DNA of 64,000 bases from Dehalococcoidales bacterium (GCA_036396095.1 DASWLM010000027.1:3992-67991); one strand, 5' to 3'. Counted from the stretch's first letter, positions 1 through 10,126 are shown. Numbers and translations: made by a program. Notes: a model not told the origin generated them from the letters alone.

Positions 1-109
1 TAAATAGTCTAATCGGGCTCTTCTAAGATAAAACAGAAAGCCAGTACTAGGATTTTCGAGAGGGAGGGAAGTTGGTAGAGCAAGTCGTACAATAGCTAGA
101 ACTTTTTAC

Positions 110-844
110 CTAACGTTTGATATCCCTATGTAAAGTTCCATCCACAATTACATAGTCTCTCATCAAGTTAGTTTCTTTATCTATGAAGGAATGCATCCAA
201 GCAAGTGCCTTGAGAGCATCTTCTTTTGGATTCGCCCCATGTCCATGTGCGTATTTGTCCCGCAACTTTGCCATTTTCCTGCAAAGGTCAATTGTCTCCG
301 GCAAGAGGATTTTGTTCTTTTGCAGTATCCGTCTGACTTCCTCTATCTTTTTCCGTGCGGCTCCAAAGTGTGCGGCCCTGTCTCGCTGAAACCTCTCAAG
401 TGAAATACCGCACATTGCAACGCAAGCATAGAAGTGTCCGTTGACAAACACGTCTCTAGCCTCCCTGATGAGTGCGCAATATACACCAGCCTCCATGAGT
501 AACGGTGGCAGCTGGGAAAGCCTCTCTCTTGTATCGTATGGACTTTTACTCATCGCGCTAGGTGGCAATTCAGCAGCTTGCTCCTGTGGGCGCTTCGATA
601 AAGCCTCTGTGAGGTTACGCTTCGCTGCACTGGGTCTGAAGTCAACGTATGCGGCTTTAGTCTGACCACCAGTGTTAACAAGCACCTCACCACATTCTTG
701 TATCCACCCATAATGACCCTCAGGCAAGTTTGTTTGAGTGATGCCAAGAACTTGAGTTAAATCCTTACCATTATATGCACATATTATGTAAGACTCAGCA
801 CCAGGAACCTGACAAACTATGCTGTATTGTGTTAGAACACTCAT
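110..844 (-). CDS. Hypothetical protein with C-terminal DUF4145/HEPN-like domain
   Basis: 244-aa ORF in AT-rich DNA; 'EARDVFVNGHFYACVAMCGISLE' followed by Rx4H 'RDKYAH'. Confidence 0.55.
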   Translation of the reverse strand: MSVLTQYSIVCQVPGAESYIICAYNGKDLTQVLGITQTNLPEGHYGWIQECGEVLVNTGGQTKAAYVDFRPSAAKRNLTEALSKRPQEQAAELPPSAMSKSPYDTRERLSQLPPLLMEAGVYCALIREARDVFVNGHFYACVAMCGISLERFQRDRAAHFGAARKKIEEVRRILQKNKILLPETIDLCRKMAKLRDKYAHGHGANPKEDALKALAWMHSFIDKETNLMRDYVIVDGTLHRDIKR

Positions 845-1304
845 TTCAATGCATTTTAACCTAAGCCAAGCTCAATTAGCAAAAGGCCCAGCTAAAAGCT
901 GGGCTCAGTTCGAATCCAGTGGTAGAGCGGATTGTGCAAAAGATAGAACCTTCTACCTGACTTTTAATGTACTAAAGTCTGTTGATTCAAATCCCCTTAG
1001 ACGGGCTTATGAATAATCGAACTATGCATCAAGTAACTTTTCGTCAAATAGTGCAATCCTCATAATTGATACTTATCAATTAGGGTGTCCGTCTTTCAAG
1101 CTAAAACTCACTAATAAAGTCCTACCTATGGTACAATATTGCCCATCTTACTAGACTAGAATAGAACCGACATATTTGGTAGACTAGGGCTAAAGTTGTG
1201 GAAAAAGTTTTACCTAATTGATACCCCAGCTCCACCATTCGACTCGGGTTATTGAAAATCTGTGTGCACAGGTTTGGTCTGCGTTAGAAGCAAAGGGGAG
1301 AACC

Positions 1305-2672
1305 ATGAGAAATATTCATAAAGCAGCACTGGTATTGTTTGTATTGTCAGCAATACTTGTGGTGATAGGGGTGCTTCTTGGTGATGAGGGTAGTATCAGC
1401 CTAGGTATATCTATTGCCGTCTTTTTGGGCTTTATAGTATCGGCAGCGCTATTACTCAAAACTGTACCCAAGACATACGCCATGGGGAATATTCTTAGAG
1501 CGGCACTGATATCGTTTATATTGTCAGCAATACTTATGATGATAGCTATGGTGGTAGGGGAGTTTTCACCTGAATTTGCTGTTTTTCTTCTAGGTTTCCC
1601 CGCCGGAATGGGCTTGATGTTGTCGGCAGTGCTATTCCTGGTATGGTTGATCCCGAAAACTGTACGCAAGGCATACGCTTGGTATACTTCAAGAAGTCTC
1701 CGAATAAAAAAATATATTCTTATTGCGCTGCCAGCATTATTTGTATTGCTGATAGGGCTAACCCTCTTTCTCTCGAGGCTCGGTAAGGAAGGCTGGACTA
1801 CCTACGAAGGCTACTACTCAGTCAGTGCCCTTGCGGTCGATAAAGAAGGTAAAGTATGGGCAGCACATTATCATAGTACCAGGTTATCTCCTTTTAACGG
1901 CGAGCCAGTCCAGATACCCTTGAACGCTGAAATGGCTGACAATAGCGTGCTTTCTTTGGCAATCGATGAGCAGAACCGGATATGGGCTGGTACTATCAGT
2001 GGTCTCGTCTGTATGAGGGATAACGATGGAAAGTGGACTATATATACACCTGATAACTTTGGAGCTGATACTCGCGTATGGGATATAGCTATTGATTGGA
2101 AGGGTCGAGCGTGGATTAGAAGCAACAGCGGGTTGGGGATGATTAACCCTTCTGAGGGCAAGACGACCTACACGTTCCGAAATTCTGGATTACCCAGCAA
2201 TGATGTCGATGCCCTTACTGTTGACCAGCAAGGTAGAGTGTGGGCAATAAACGAAGGTAAGGTGAAAGTGCTGGAATCGAATGGAGAGTGGAAAATCTAC
2301 GCACTCAATTCCACACCGGCAAACTACATAGAAACCATGGCCATTGATAGCCAGGGGCAGGTTTGGGTGGGAATTATGCACGACGGAGTAACAGTGTTTG
2401 GTCATGATAGGGCTTGGACAACCTACACACTCGGTAATTCCAAGGTAGCTCTCTATATAGAGGACATTCTCATTGATAAGTCAGACCGAGTGTGGGTAGG
2501 GGCTAACCAGGGGTTGTTTATGTTTGACCCCACTGCTGATACCAGCTGGACGACTTATAACCACCGAGTTGTCGATGCCCTATGTGTTGATCAGCAAGGT
2601 AGAGTGTGGATAGTGACTTCTGGTAGATTGAGCGTATTTGATATTGAGGCCACTCTGCGTCCAAAAAAGTAG
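1305..2672 (+). CDS. Membrane-anchored beta-propeller (two-component-regulator propeller repeat) protein
   Basis: ATG 1305 after GGGGAG; about 5 TM segments, then repeated 'LAxDxxGRVW(V/I)G' blades. Confidence 0.75.
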   Translation: MRNIHKAALVLFVLSAILVVIGVLLGDEGSISLGISIAVFLGFIVSAALLLKTVPKTYAMGNILRAALISFILSAILMMIAMVVGEFSPEFAVFLLGFPAGMGLMLSAVLFLVWLIPKTVRKAYAWYTSRSLRIKKYILIALPALFVLLIGLTLFLSRLGKEGWTTYEGYYSVSALAVDKEGKVWAAHYHSTRLSPFNGEPVQIPLNAEMADNSVLSLAIDEQNRIWAGTISGLVCMRDNDGKWTIYTPDNFGADTRVWDIAIDWKGRAWIRSNSGLGMINPSEGKTTYTFRNSGLPSNDVDALTVDQQGRVWAINEGKVKVLESNGEWKIYALNSTPANYIETMAIDSQGQVWVGIMHDGVTVFGHDRAWTTYTLGNSKVALYIEDILIDKSDRVWVGANQGLFMFDPTADTSWTTYNHRVVDALCVDQQGRVWIVTSGRLSVFDIEATLRPKK

Positions 2673-2871
2673 TGCGTGTACTTGAATATCATTGGCACTC
2701 ATTTATATTCATTCGCGAGTCTCGTTCCATTGAACGTCAAGCGACAGTCCTTTACACTTTTGCTAAATGTTTCAAATAATAGTTCTAGGTATTGTCCACG
2801 TTGGTTGGATGTGCACTTTTTATTGACGGATGATTAAGTTTTGTTGTCTAAAATGTTATCAAAATATGTTG

Positions 2872-2896
2872 TGGTAGCGGAGGTTGGATTTGAACC
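2872..2896 (-). other. Orphan tRNA 3'-end fragment (Met-like; att-site-like remnant)
   Basis: Minus strand reads GGTTCAAATCCAACCTCCGCTACCA (T-loop, acceptor 3' strand, CCA); no 5' half present. Confidence 0.6.
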
Positions 2897-2989
2897 GCTA
2901 ATCCTTCTCTAAATCCTCAATTGAAAAACGTGGCGCTTTCTCTGTGACATCTACTTGCCACTACCTCAACCAATCGTTATAATCGGGGT

Positions 2990-3682
2990 ATGATAATCCG
3001 GCATCTCCACGAATGGCAGGTGAGCACCTCCGAAGCAATCGTAATTCAGAAACAATTGGCGTCACAGGTCTCCCGGGATGAGACATCGGATGCTTTTCGT
3101 TATATTGCCGGGGTCGATGTTTCTACGTCACGATGGGAGAAAGAGGGGACAGCGGCAGTGGTTGTCCTGAGTTATCCTGAGCTTGAGTTTCTGGAGGAAA
3201 AGAGGGTATGTGGGCGGATTGGCTTTCCATATGTGCCCGGACTTCTCTCTTTTCGGGAAGCCCCTCTAATACTCGAAGCTTTTGAGCAATTGGTCATTAC
3301 TCCCGACCTTGTACTCGTGGATGGGCAGGGGATAGCACACCCGCGGCGGTTCGGCATTGCCGCCCACCTGGGACTTTTTCTGGATGTACCGACCATCGGC
3401 TGTGCTAAATCACGGCTGTGCGGTACGTGTGAGGAGCCGGGGACCGAAGCAGGTAGCTCTGCTGATTTGCAGGACGAGGGTGAGGTCATTGGTGAAGTGG
3501 TGCGCACCAGACAGGGAACAAAACCAGTCTATGTCTCCGTGGGGCATAAAATCAGCCTTCAGCAGGCGGTGCGCTGGGTATTGATGTGTTGTCGCGGTTT
3601 TCGTTTGCCGGAACCCACCAGACTGGCTCATCAATCGGCGGGCGGGTATCTCAGGAGAGCAAAAACGACTCTGGTTGTATAG
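2990..3682 (+). CDS. nfi: Endonuclease V (deoxyinosine 3' endonuclease)
   Basis: IAGVDVS, FPYVPGLLSFRE, DGQGIAHPRRFGIA, RLPEPTRLAH motifs. Confidence 0.95.
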   Translation: MIIRHLHEWQVSTSEAIVIQKQLASQVSRDETSDAFRYIAGVDVSTSRWEKEGTAAVVVLSYPELEFLEEKRVCGRIGFPYVPGLLSFREAPLILEAFEQLVITPDLVLVDGQGIAHPRRFGIAAHLGLFLDVPTIGCAKSRLCGTCEEPGTEAGSSADLQDEGEVIGEVVRTRQGTKPVYVSVGHKISLQQAVRWVLMCCRGFRLPEPTRLAHQSAGGYLRRAKTTLVV

Positions 3683-3716
3683 TCGGATTATAGCAATAAA
3701 AGTCGGTGAGGTTAAT

Positions 3717-4824
3717 ATGCAGGAACTGAAGGACAAGCTGGAAGGGTTACGGGCAAGAATCTTGGCGATTATGGAGCGTCTTTGACATCGCCAGACGTGA
3801 GCAGGAAATTTCTCAGCTTGAAAAACAATCGGCTCAGCCAGACTTCTGGAATGACCAGAACCGGGCACGCAGTGTCATGCGCCGTCTCTCCGAACAGAAA
3901 CGGATAGTGGAGCGGTGGCGGAGCATGGAAAAGAAGAGTGTTGACATCGCCGATTTGATTACGCTGGCGACGGAAGAAAATGACACCTCGTTACAGGACG
4001 GAATACAATCGGAGTTGAGTGCGCTAACCACGCAACTGGAAAAGGCAGAACTAGAGCTTGCCTTCAGCGGTGAATATGATTCGCGGAACGCTCTTTTGAG
4101 CATTCATGCCGGAGCTGGCGGTACGGAATCCATGGACTGGGCGGATATGCTGTTGCGGATGTATCTCCGTTGGGCAGAGCGCCGTGGTTATAAGACGGAA
4201 GTGCTGGATATCACCAGTGGGGAAGAAGTTGGTGTAAAAAGCGTCACGATTAGCGTCAGTGGCGATTATGCCTTCGGCTACCTGAAGTCCGAACATGGTG
4301 TGCATCGCCTGGTGCGCCTGTCTCCCTTTGATTCCGACCATGCCCGACACACATCTTTTGTACTTGTCGAAGTCCTGCCAGAGGCGGAAACCGACACAGA
4401 CCTGAACATTAATCCCGATGACTTGCGTATTGAAGCCTTTCGTTCTAGCGGTCCCGGCGGGCAACACATGCAGAAGACGAGTAGCGCTGTGCGAATTACT
4501 CATCTGCCTTCGGGACTTGTCGTGACCAGTCAGAGCGAACGAAGTCAGCACCAGAATAAAGACATCGCCATGCGTATTCTCTACAGTCGTCTTCTGGAAC
4601 TGGAACTGGAAAAGCAGGCTGAAGAAAAAGCGAAACTCAAAGGTAAGCGGATTGAAGCGGGATGGGGAAATCAAATACGGAGCTATGTATTGCACCCATA
4701 CCGGATGGTAAAGGACCACCGCACGGATTATGAAGTCGGAAACACCGAGGCGGTGCTTGATGGGGAAATCGATGATTTTATTACTGCATATTTACGGTCG
4801 ATAGCGGGGAAGCAGGATGATTAA
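3717..4824 (+). CDS. prfB: Peptide chain release factor 2 with programmed +1 frameshift
   Basis: ATG 3717, 22 codons to CTT-TGA-C (3780-3786); the +1 frame joins the 3877..4824 ORF containing SPF and GGQ motifs. Confidence 0.95.
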
Positions 4825-5920
4825 AAAACTGGTGTCATTGGTTATAATTCTCTGTTTGATGATGCTTATGGCGCCATCGGTGTCCGCTCAGAGCAGTCTC
4901 ACGGTAACAGAGAGCGTTGTAGAGGTGAATTTCCCCTGGAGCGTGACTTTTTATGTCTCGGCTGTAAGCAACAATCCAATCACAGAAATCCGCCTGCGTT
5001 ATTCGGTCAAGCAACTGGGATTCGCAGATGTGAGCGCTGAAGCATTACTTTCATTTACACCATCGACAACGGTCGACGCCGAGTGGAACTGGGATATGCG
5101 GTATATCGGCGGTCTACCTCCTGGTACGGTAATAAACTACTGGTGGATATGTAAAGACAATTCAGGAGCGGTTGTACAAACGGCACGGGAACACCTGACA
5201 TTTGACGATAGCCGTTTTTCCTGGCAGACAATTACGGCGGATATGATAACACTCTACTGGTATGAGGGCAGTGAGTCTTTTGCACAAGAGATTCTTACAA
5301 CTGCTCAGGATGCAATTACGCGGCTCGCTGCAGACACGGGAGCCTATATGAAAGAACCAATCCGACTCTATATCTATGCTAGTTCCAATGACCTCCTCGG
5401 TTCTATGATTTACCCGCAGGAGTGGGCGGGTGGGGTTACTTTCACACGGTATAGCTGTATCGCCATCGGAATCTCCACTCTTAACTTGAGCTGGGGGGAA
5501 AGTGCAATCGCCCACGAACTTACCCATCTGGTCACGCATCAGATGACTCTTAATCCTTATAACACAATACCTGTCTGGCTTGATGAGGGATTGGCTATGT
5601 ACAATGAGGGACCCATGCAATTGGCGTTCACTGCGGCTCTCAATAATGCGATAAAAAATAAATCGCTCCTTTCTGTACAGACTCTTGCCAGTCCCTTCTC
5701 TGCTTTAACTGATATCTCTTATCTCTCTTATGCGGAAAGCTATAGCATCGTGGATTATCTCATTCGTACCTATGGCAAAGACAAGATGTTCCAGTTGCTG
5801 GACACCTTCCATCAAGGCAGTACTTACGATGGTGCGCTGAGAAAAGTCTATGGCTTTGATACCACTGGTTTGAACGCCGCATGGCAGAAGGCACTGGGCA
5901 TCCCACAGAAAACTTATTAG
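4817..5920 (+). CDS. Secreted peptidase MA-family (gluzincin-like) metallopeptidase
   Basis: Signal peptide; HELTH...WLDEGLA zinc motif. Confidence 0.85.
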   Translation: MIKKLVSLVIILCLMMLMAPSVSAQSSLTVTESVVEVNFPWSVTFYVSAVSNNPITEIRLRYSVKQLGFADVSAEALLSFTPSTTVDAEWNWDMRYIGGLPPGTVINYWWICKDNSGAVVQTAREHLTFDDSRFSWQTITADMITLYWYEGSESFAQEILTTAQDAITRLAADTGAYMKEPIRLYIYASSNDLLGSMIYPQEWAGGVTFTRYSCIAIGISTLNLSWGESAIAHELTHLVTHQMTLNPYNTIPVWLDEGLAMYNEGPMQLAFTAALNNAIKNKSLLSVQTLASPFSALTDISYLSYAESYSIVDYLIRTYGKDKMFQLLDTFHQGSTYDGALRKVYGFDTTGLNAAWQKALGIPQKTY

Positions 5921-5964
5921 GTGAAGTAGATGCCAGTCTGGATACCGGTTTGGGGGCTAACTTG

Positions 5965-6657
5965 ATGAAAAAATCCACCTTCACCATTCATGACTTGCCA
6001 GTAGCGGAAAGGCCAAGAGAGCGGCTCCAGCAGTATGGAGAAGCTGCCCTATCATCGCAGGAATTACTCGCGGTGATTCTGGGACGTGGTATTGCTGGTG
6101 AATCGGTGACGGTAACTGCCCAGCGACTTTTGAAAGAATTCGGTGATTTGAAAGGACTGGCGCAGGCAACTGTCGAGGAGCTTTCCCGTGTCAGGGGCAT
6201 CGGACCTGCCAAAGCGTGTCAGATTAAAGCGGCATTCGAACTGGCGAGTCGGTTGGAAGGCTACTCGTCGGCAAACAGTCGGCAGGCAATTAAAGCGCCG
6301 ACCGACGTGGTGGGCTTCGTACGTAACCGCCTTAAGGACAAGAAAAAGGAGTATTTCCTGGCAGTCTTGCTGGATACCCGCGGACAGGTTATCAAGACTT
6401 GCGAAGTCTCAATCGGGAGTCTGGATAGCAGTATTGTCCACCCACGTGAGGTTTACAAAGAAGCCATTGCCGCCAGCGCCGCTTCAGTTATCCTTGTCCA
6501 TAATCACCCTTCCGGCGACCCCACTCCCTCCGAAATCGACATAGGCTTGAACAAGCGGCTGGTGGAAGCGGGAGAACTGCTCGGCATCGAAGTCCTCGAC
6601 CACATTATCATCGGCAACCCGGACTACGTGAGTATGAAGGGCAAGGGACTATTTTAA
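5965..6657 (+). CDS. radC: RadC family JAB-domain protein
   Basis: ERPRERL, HhH 'GIGPAKA', HPREV, HNHPSGDPTPS, LDHIIIG. Confidence 0.93.
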   Translation: MKKSTFTIHDLPVAERPRERLQQYGEAALSSQELLAVILGRGIAGESVTVTAQRLLKEFGDLKGLAQATVEELSRVRGIGPAKACQIKAAFELASRLEGYSSANSRQAIKAPTDVVGFVRNRLKDKKKEYFLAVLLDTRGQVIKTCEVSIGSLDSSIVHPREVYKEAIAASAASVILVHNHPSGDPTPSEIDIGLNKRLVEAGELLGIEVLDHIIIGNPDYVSMKGKGLF

Positions 6658-6839
6658 CGCTCTTTCCGAGTCCTTGCATTCGAATTTGCTACCTACACTG
6701 CGATAACTGAAATTGAGAAAAGGTCAATAGTTAGGTAATCCTCCAAAAAGGCTCAATATCTATCTCTTTCAAAATATCTGTAATAGATGTAAACTGGTGA
6801 TACGATTAAATATTACTATTTATAGTGAGGTCAATCATA

Positions 6840-7601
6840 ATGACAGAGAGATATTATATTAGTGTTGCCCCTGCAGCTGATAAAGAAGCCATTAAGACAG
6901 GATTTGCATGGCTTATCGACCAACTTCAAAAATCACCGAAGCCTTTGACAGGATTACTTTGCGTACCTACTATTTCAAATCTTCGGGGTATCATAACTGA
7001 GGTAATTGGAGAAAGTGCGGCAAATGCTCTAGCGGCTGGCAAAGCTATATCTGTGCCGAACTCATCCAATAAAATCTCTTTAATAACATCCCGAAAATTC
7101 AATTATGGATGGCAAGGAGGCCCTATTTTAGCAGCTTACCCAGATAAAGACATCCTTGATAAGCTTGATGACATGCCAGGAGTAACGGCAATACTAGCAG
7201 TTCCTTGGATAATGACGCACATTCAATTGTGGATAGATACCTGGGCTCCAAAAAACATAAGAGCTCCGGAAACCTCTCCGATAGTTAACGTAAAGAATCC
7301 AGTTGTAGTTGAAGCCTTGAAGTCTCTAACAAGAAGAGTGAACCTTTCCGCTGGTATTACTCATCCCCTTGACCGACAAGCGACAATTGATTTGTTTGAG
7401 CTTTTAAATTCTGCTGGCGAGAAGTTCGACCCAAATGAGGTGAGAGCTTGGCTCATTAGAGAGGGTAAATGGTCACCAAAAGATGCCGATCAAGTCAAAG
7501 CGGTTGCTGAATCAATTCTAAAAGGCGCAAGACTGAGAGGCAGGGGAAGGTCTTGGGCAGATGATATCGTCGAACAGTGGAGAACTGGTACAAAACTGTA
7601 A
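6840..7601 (+). CDS. Hypothetical protein, C-terminal YoaC/DUF1889-like helical domain
   Basis: Long AT-rich ORF; C-terminal 'VVEALKSLT..NLSAGITHPLD..W..W' resembles YoaC-like proteins. Confidence 0.5.
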   Translation: MTERYYISVAPAADKEAIKTGFAWLIDQLQKSPKPLTGLLCVPTISNLRGIITEVIGESAANALAAGKAISVPNSSNKISLITSRKFNYGWQGGPILAAYPDKDILDKLDDMPGVTAILAVPWIMTHIQLWIDTWAPKNIRAPETSPIVNVKNPVVVEALKSLTRRVNLSAGITHPLDRQATIDLFELLNSAGEKFDPNEVRAWLIREGKWSPKDADQVKAVAESILKGARLRGRGRSWADDIVEQWRTGTKL

Positions 7602-7715
7602 TGTAACGCTCAATCCAAGGTTGCATCAGTGTGAATACTTAACCGTTTTTCTTGCAAAATCTACCTATCATTTACTTCGGGTGCCGAAATCTTGCGACTG
7701 TTAAAATTTAATCGG

Positions 7716-7739
7716 TTTATTCTTGCATTTGGTACGTTT
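7716..7739 (+). repeat. Direct repeat copy 1 (TTTATTCTTGCATTTGG..CGTTT), contains -35-like TTGCAT
   Basis: 17-bp exact and 22/24 match to 10033-10056. Confidence 0.7.
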
Positions 7740-7771
7740 ATGTAACATAATGTTGTTTAAAGGAATCAAAT

Positions 7772-9073
7772 ATGCCTTTAGAATTTTTTGATGATGCCAT
7801 TAGTTTGAGCGGTATCACAGGCTCAAAATTAAAAAGCGAAATCATTGGCGCATATTACCCGTTTTGGTGGAACATTACCTCTGGCGGTGAGCTTCACAAT
7901 CACGAATGGCCTACCGCAATCATAGAATTAGATGCTGCAACTGGTGAGATTTACATTGAAGACACACAGGAGAAAATATTAGGTTCTGCCGGGCACGCTA
8001 TTGCTTTGAAATTTAATGAAGGGAACAAGCAAACTCTTAAAATAATATTAGTTGAAAAGGATATTAGCTGTTATTCTCACCTTAAGAATGTAATTACTAA
8101 AAGATGGCCAGCTATTAATATTTTGGAAGCTGAAGGGGCACTTAAAAATAATAAATCCAATATTTACTTACTTAATACAGAATTAGATACAGCCTTAGGT
8201 TTAATTTCTCAGCTAAGTCTTGGTAATAGTCTTTTCTTTTTCGACCCTCTTAGAAGTGTTTCCTTTAAAACAATAGAGAAAGTTAGCAAACCAAGAATAA
8301 GGAATTACTTTCAAACTGGTACCGAGTTAATCGTATTTGTTTTTACTTCCGACTGGTTCCTGGGGCGAGCAGATTTTGCAGGGTTACCGACCGTACCAGA
8401 CGAAAAATTTTGGTCGGAAAGCGAGAATAAGACTGTGTCTGAAGCAGATGAACTGTTTGGGAATACAGAATGGCGATTGGCTATCTTGAACAACAAACCA
8501 ATTTCTGAGCGAGAGAACACATTCATAGAATTATATAAAAAAAGTCTTCATAAGTGGTTTCGCTATGTACTTCCTATGCCATTCAATCCAAAAGATAAGC
8601 AAATTTATCATTTAATTTTATGCTCTAATTATGAGGCTGGCGTACAAGCAACCAGAAGGTTTTTTTGTGAGAAGGCGAATAACTCATATTATAAACCTGA
8701 TGCTAACAAAGCTTATGCCCTATTCAAAGTTAAGTACCCAGAATTACTCAATGGATTACGAGGTAACCAAAGACCGAAACAATGGAAGATTCTTTGGAAA
8801 ATCATTACAGTGCACGAGGAGGGTATTTGTGATTCTCGGTGCAACGATTTCATTGATGTCGAACCAGATGAAAAGCAGAGAGACAAATTACTTGAATGGC
8901 TTGCGTTTGAAGGTTACCTTAACAGGCTCAATTCCGTGAACCCGTGGAATTTACCGATAACACAATTTATAATAAACTGGAATGTCGTAGGACGAGCATT
9001 AGGTGTAGTTTCTCCTGACCCGTTACAAGCACTGTCTTTAAAGCCATTGTCGATTCAAGAGATTAATAAATGA
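7772..9073 (+). CDS. tcmP: Three-Cys-motif partner (TcmP-like) methyltransferase-fold protein
   Basis: 'SKLKSEII..YY..WW', 'IELDAATG', 'GSA', 'LVEKD', 'FFFDP', 'GTELIV', 'IYHLI'; overlaps the downstream radical SAM gene (ATGA). Confidence 0.7.
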   Translation: MPLEFFDDAISLSGITGSKLKSEIIGAYYPFWWNITSGGELHNHEWPTAIIELDAATGEIYIEDTQEKILGSAGHAIALKFNEGNKQTLKIILVEKDISCYSHLKNVITKRWPAINILEAEGALKNNKSNIYLLNTELDTALGLISQLSLGNSLFFFDPLRSVSFKTIEKVSKPRIRNYFQTGTELIVFVFTSDWFLGRADFAGLPTVPDEKFWSESENKTVSEADELFGNTEWRLAILNNKPISERENTFIELYKKSLHKWFRYVLPMPFNPKDKQIYHLILCSNYEAGVQATRRFFCEKANNSYYKPDANKAYALFKVKYPELLNGLRGNQRPKQWKILWKIITVHEEGICDSRCNDFIDVEPDEKQRDKLLEWLAFEGYLNRLNSVNPWNLPITQFIINWNVVGRALGVVSPDPLQALSLKPLSIQEINK

Positions 9074-9855
9074 CACTGGATTCGCAGATAACCAATAAAA
9101 GAGAGATAACTTCAGGGACTAAAGAATGGGCAGACCACAACGTAAATTGCGTTAAAGGTTGCTCGAATAACTGTCGATATTGCTATGCAAAGATGATGGC
9201 TAAACGATTCGGAAGGTGTACGGAAACAACATGGAAAGACATGGCGGTAAATGATAAAACCGTAAAAACACATTACGGTAAATACAAAGGCAGGGTAATG
9301 TTTCCTAGCTCCCATGATATTATAGATACCCCAATAGTCCTTGAAGCTTGTTTTACCGTTCTAAGCAAGTTACTTAAGGCAGGTAACGAAACTCTAATAA
9401 CTACAAAACCGGGTTTGTCCGTAGTAAAAAAGATTACTCATCGATTCCAGAGATATGACGCCCAGATACAATTTCGATTTACGATTACATCCATGAACGA
9501 CAAGTTACTATCATTCTGGGAGCCAAATGCCCCAAAATTCCATGAACGTTTAGATTCGTTAAAATATGCCTTTGATAAAGGTTTCAAAACAAGCGTATCC
9601 ATCGAACCGTTCTTAGATTACGAACCTCAAAAACTTGTGTTCACTGTGGCTCCATTCGTTACGGAGTCTATTTGGTTGGGACCAATGAATTATATACCTA
9701 ACAACGATTCTCTAAATGGAGTTAGACAGAGATACGTTATGATTCGAAAGAATTATGAAACCGCCCATTTACAAGAAATATACGAAGACCTTATTGATTT
9801 TCCGTTGATTCAATTTAAAGACAGTATGCTTAATCGCCTTGGTATTAAGAGATAA
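9070..9855 (+). CDS. Radical SAM protein, DUF5131 (Gp37/Gp68)/SPL-like
   Basis: 'EWADHNVNCVKGCSNNCRYCYA' containing CX3CX2C; 'SIEPFL', 'FKDS'. Confidence 0.8.
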   Translation: MTLDSQITNKREITSGTKEWADHNVNCVKGCSNNCRYCYAKMMAKRFGRCTETTWKDMAVNDKTVKTHYGKYKGRVMFPSSHDIIDTPIVLEACFTVLSKLLKAGNETLITTKPGLSVVKKITHRFQRYDAQIQFRFTITSMNDKLLSFWEPNAPKFHERLDSLKYAFDKGFKTSVSIEPFLDYEPQKLVFTVAPFVTESIWLGPMNYIPNNDSLNGVRQRYVMIRKNYETAHLQEIYEDLIDFPLIQFKDSMLNRLGIKR

Positions 9856-9952
9856 AGATAAAACTAGAGGTCATTTTTTTATTAAGCCTTAACACAAACA
9901 GTGAATGGAAATGAGTTTGAATAATTGTATCCTGTGTTTCATTAATAACAAG

Positions 9953-9992
9953 TGGCAGTAAGTGGATTGGAACCAGTGACCAAGGGTTTATA
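9953..9992 (-). other. Degenerate tRNA 3'-half remnant (Ile/Met CAU-like)
   Basis: Minus strand TATAAACCCTTGGTC-ACTGG-TTCCAAT-CCACT-TACTGCCA. Confidence 0.45.
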
Positions 9993-10032
9993 CTCTTTGG
10001 TGTAGAGTCTTAGGTTGTCGTTTATCTCGATC

Positions 10033-10056
10033 TTTATTCTTGCATTTGGCGCGTTT
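10033..10056 (+). repeat. Direct repeat copy 2
   Basis: Matches 7716-7739. Confidence 0.7.
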
Positions 10057-10126
10057 TGGGGAGAAAATAGGGTTGCATGAATTCTTTTAATAATGTTAAC
10101 CGACAGTTTACGTAGGAGGAAATGAC

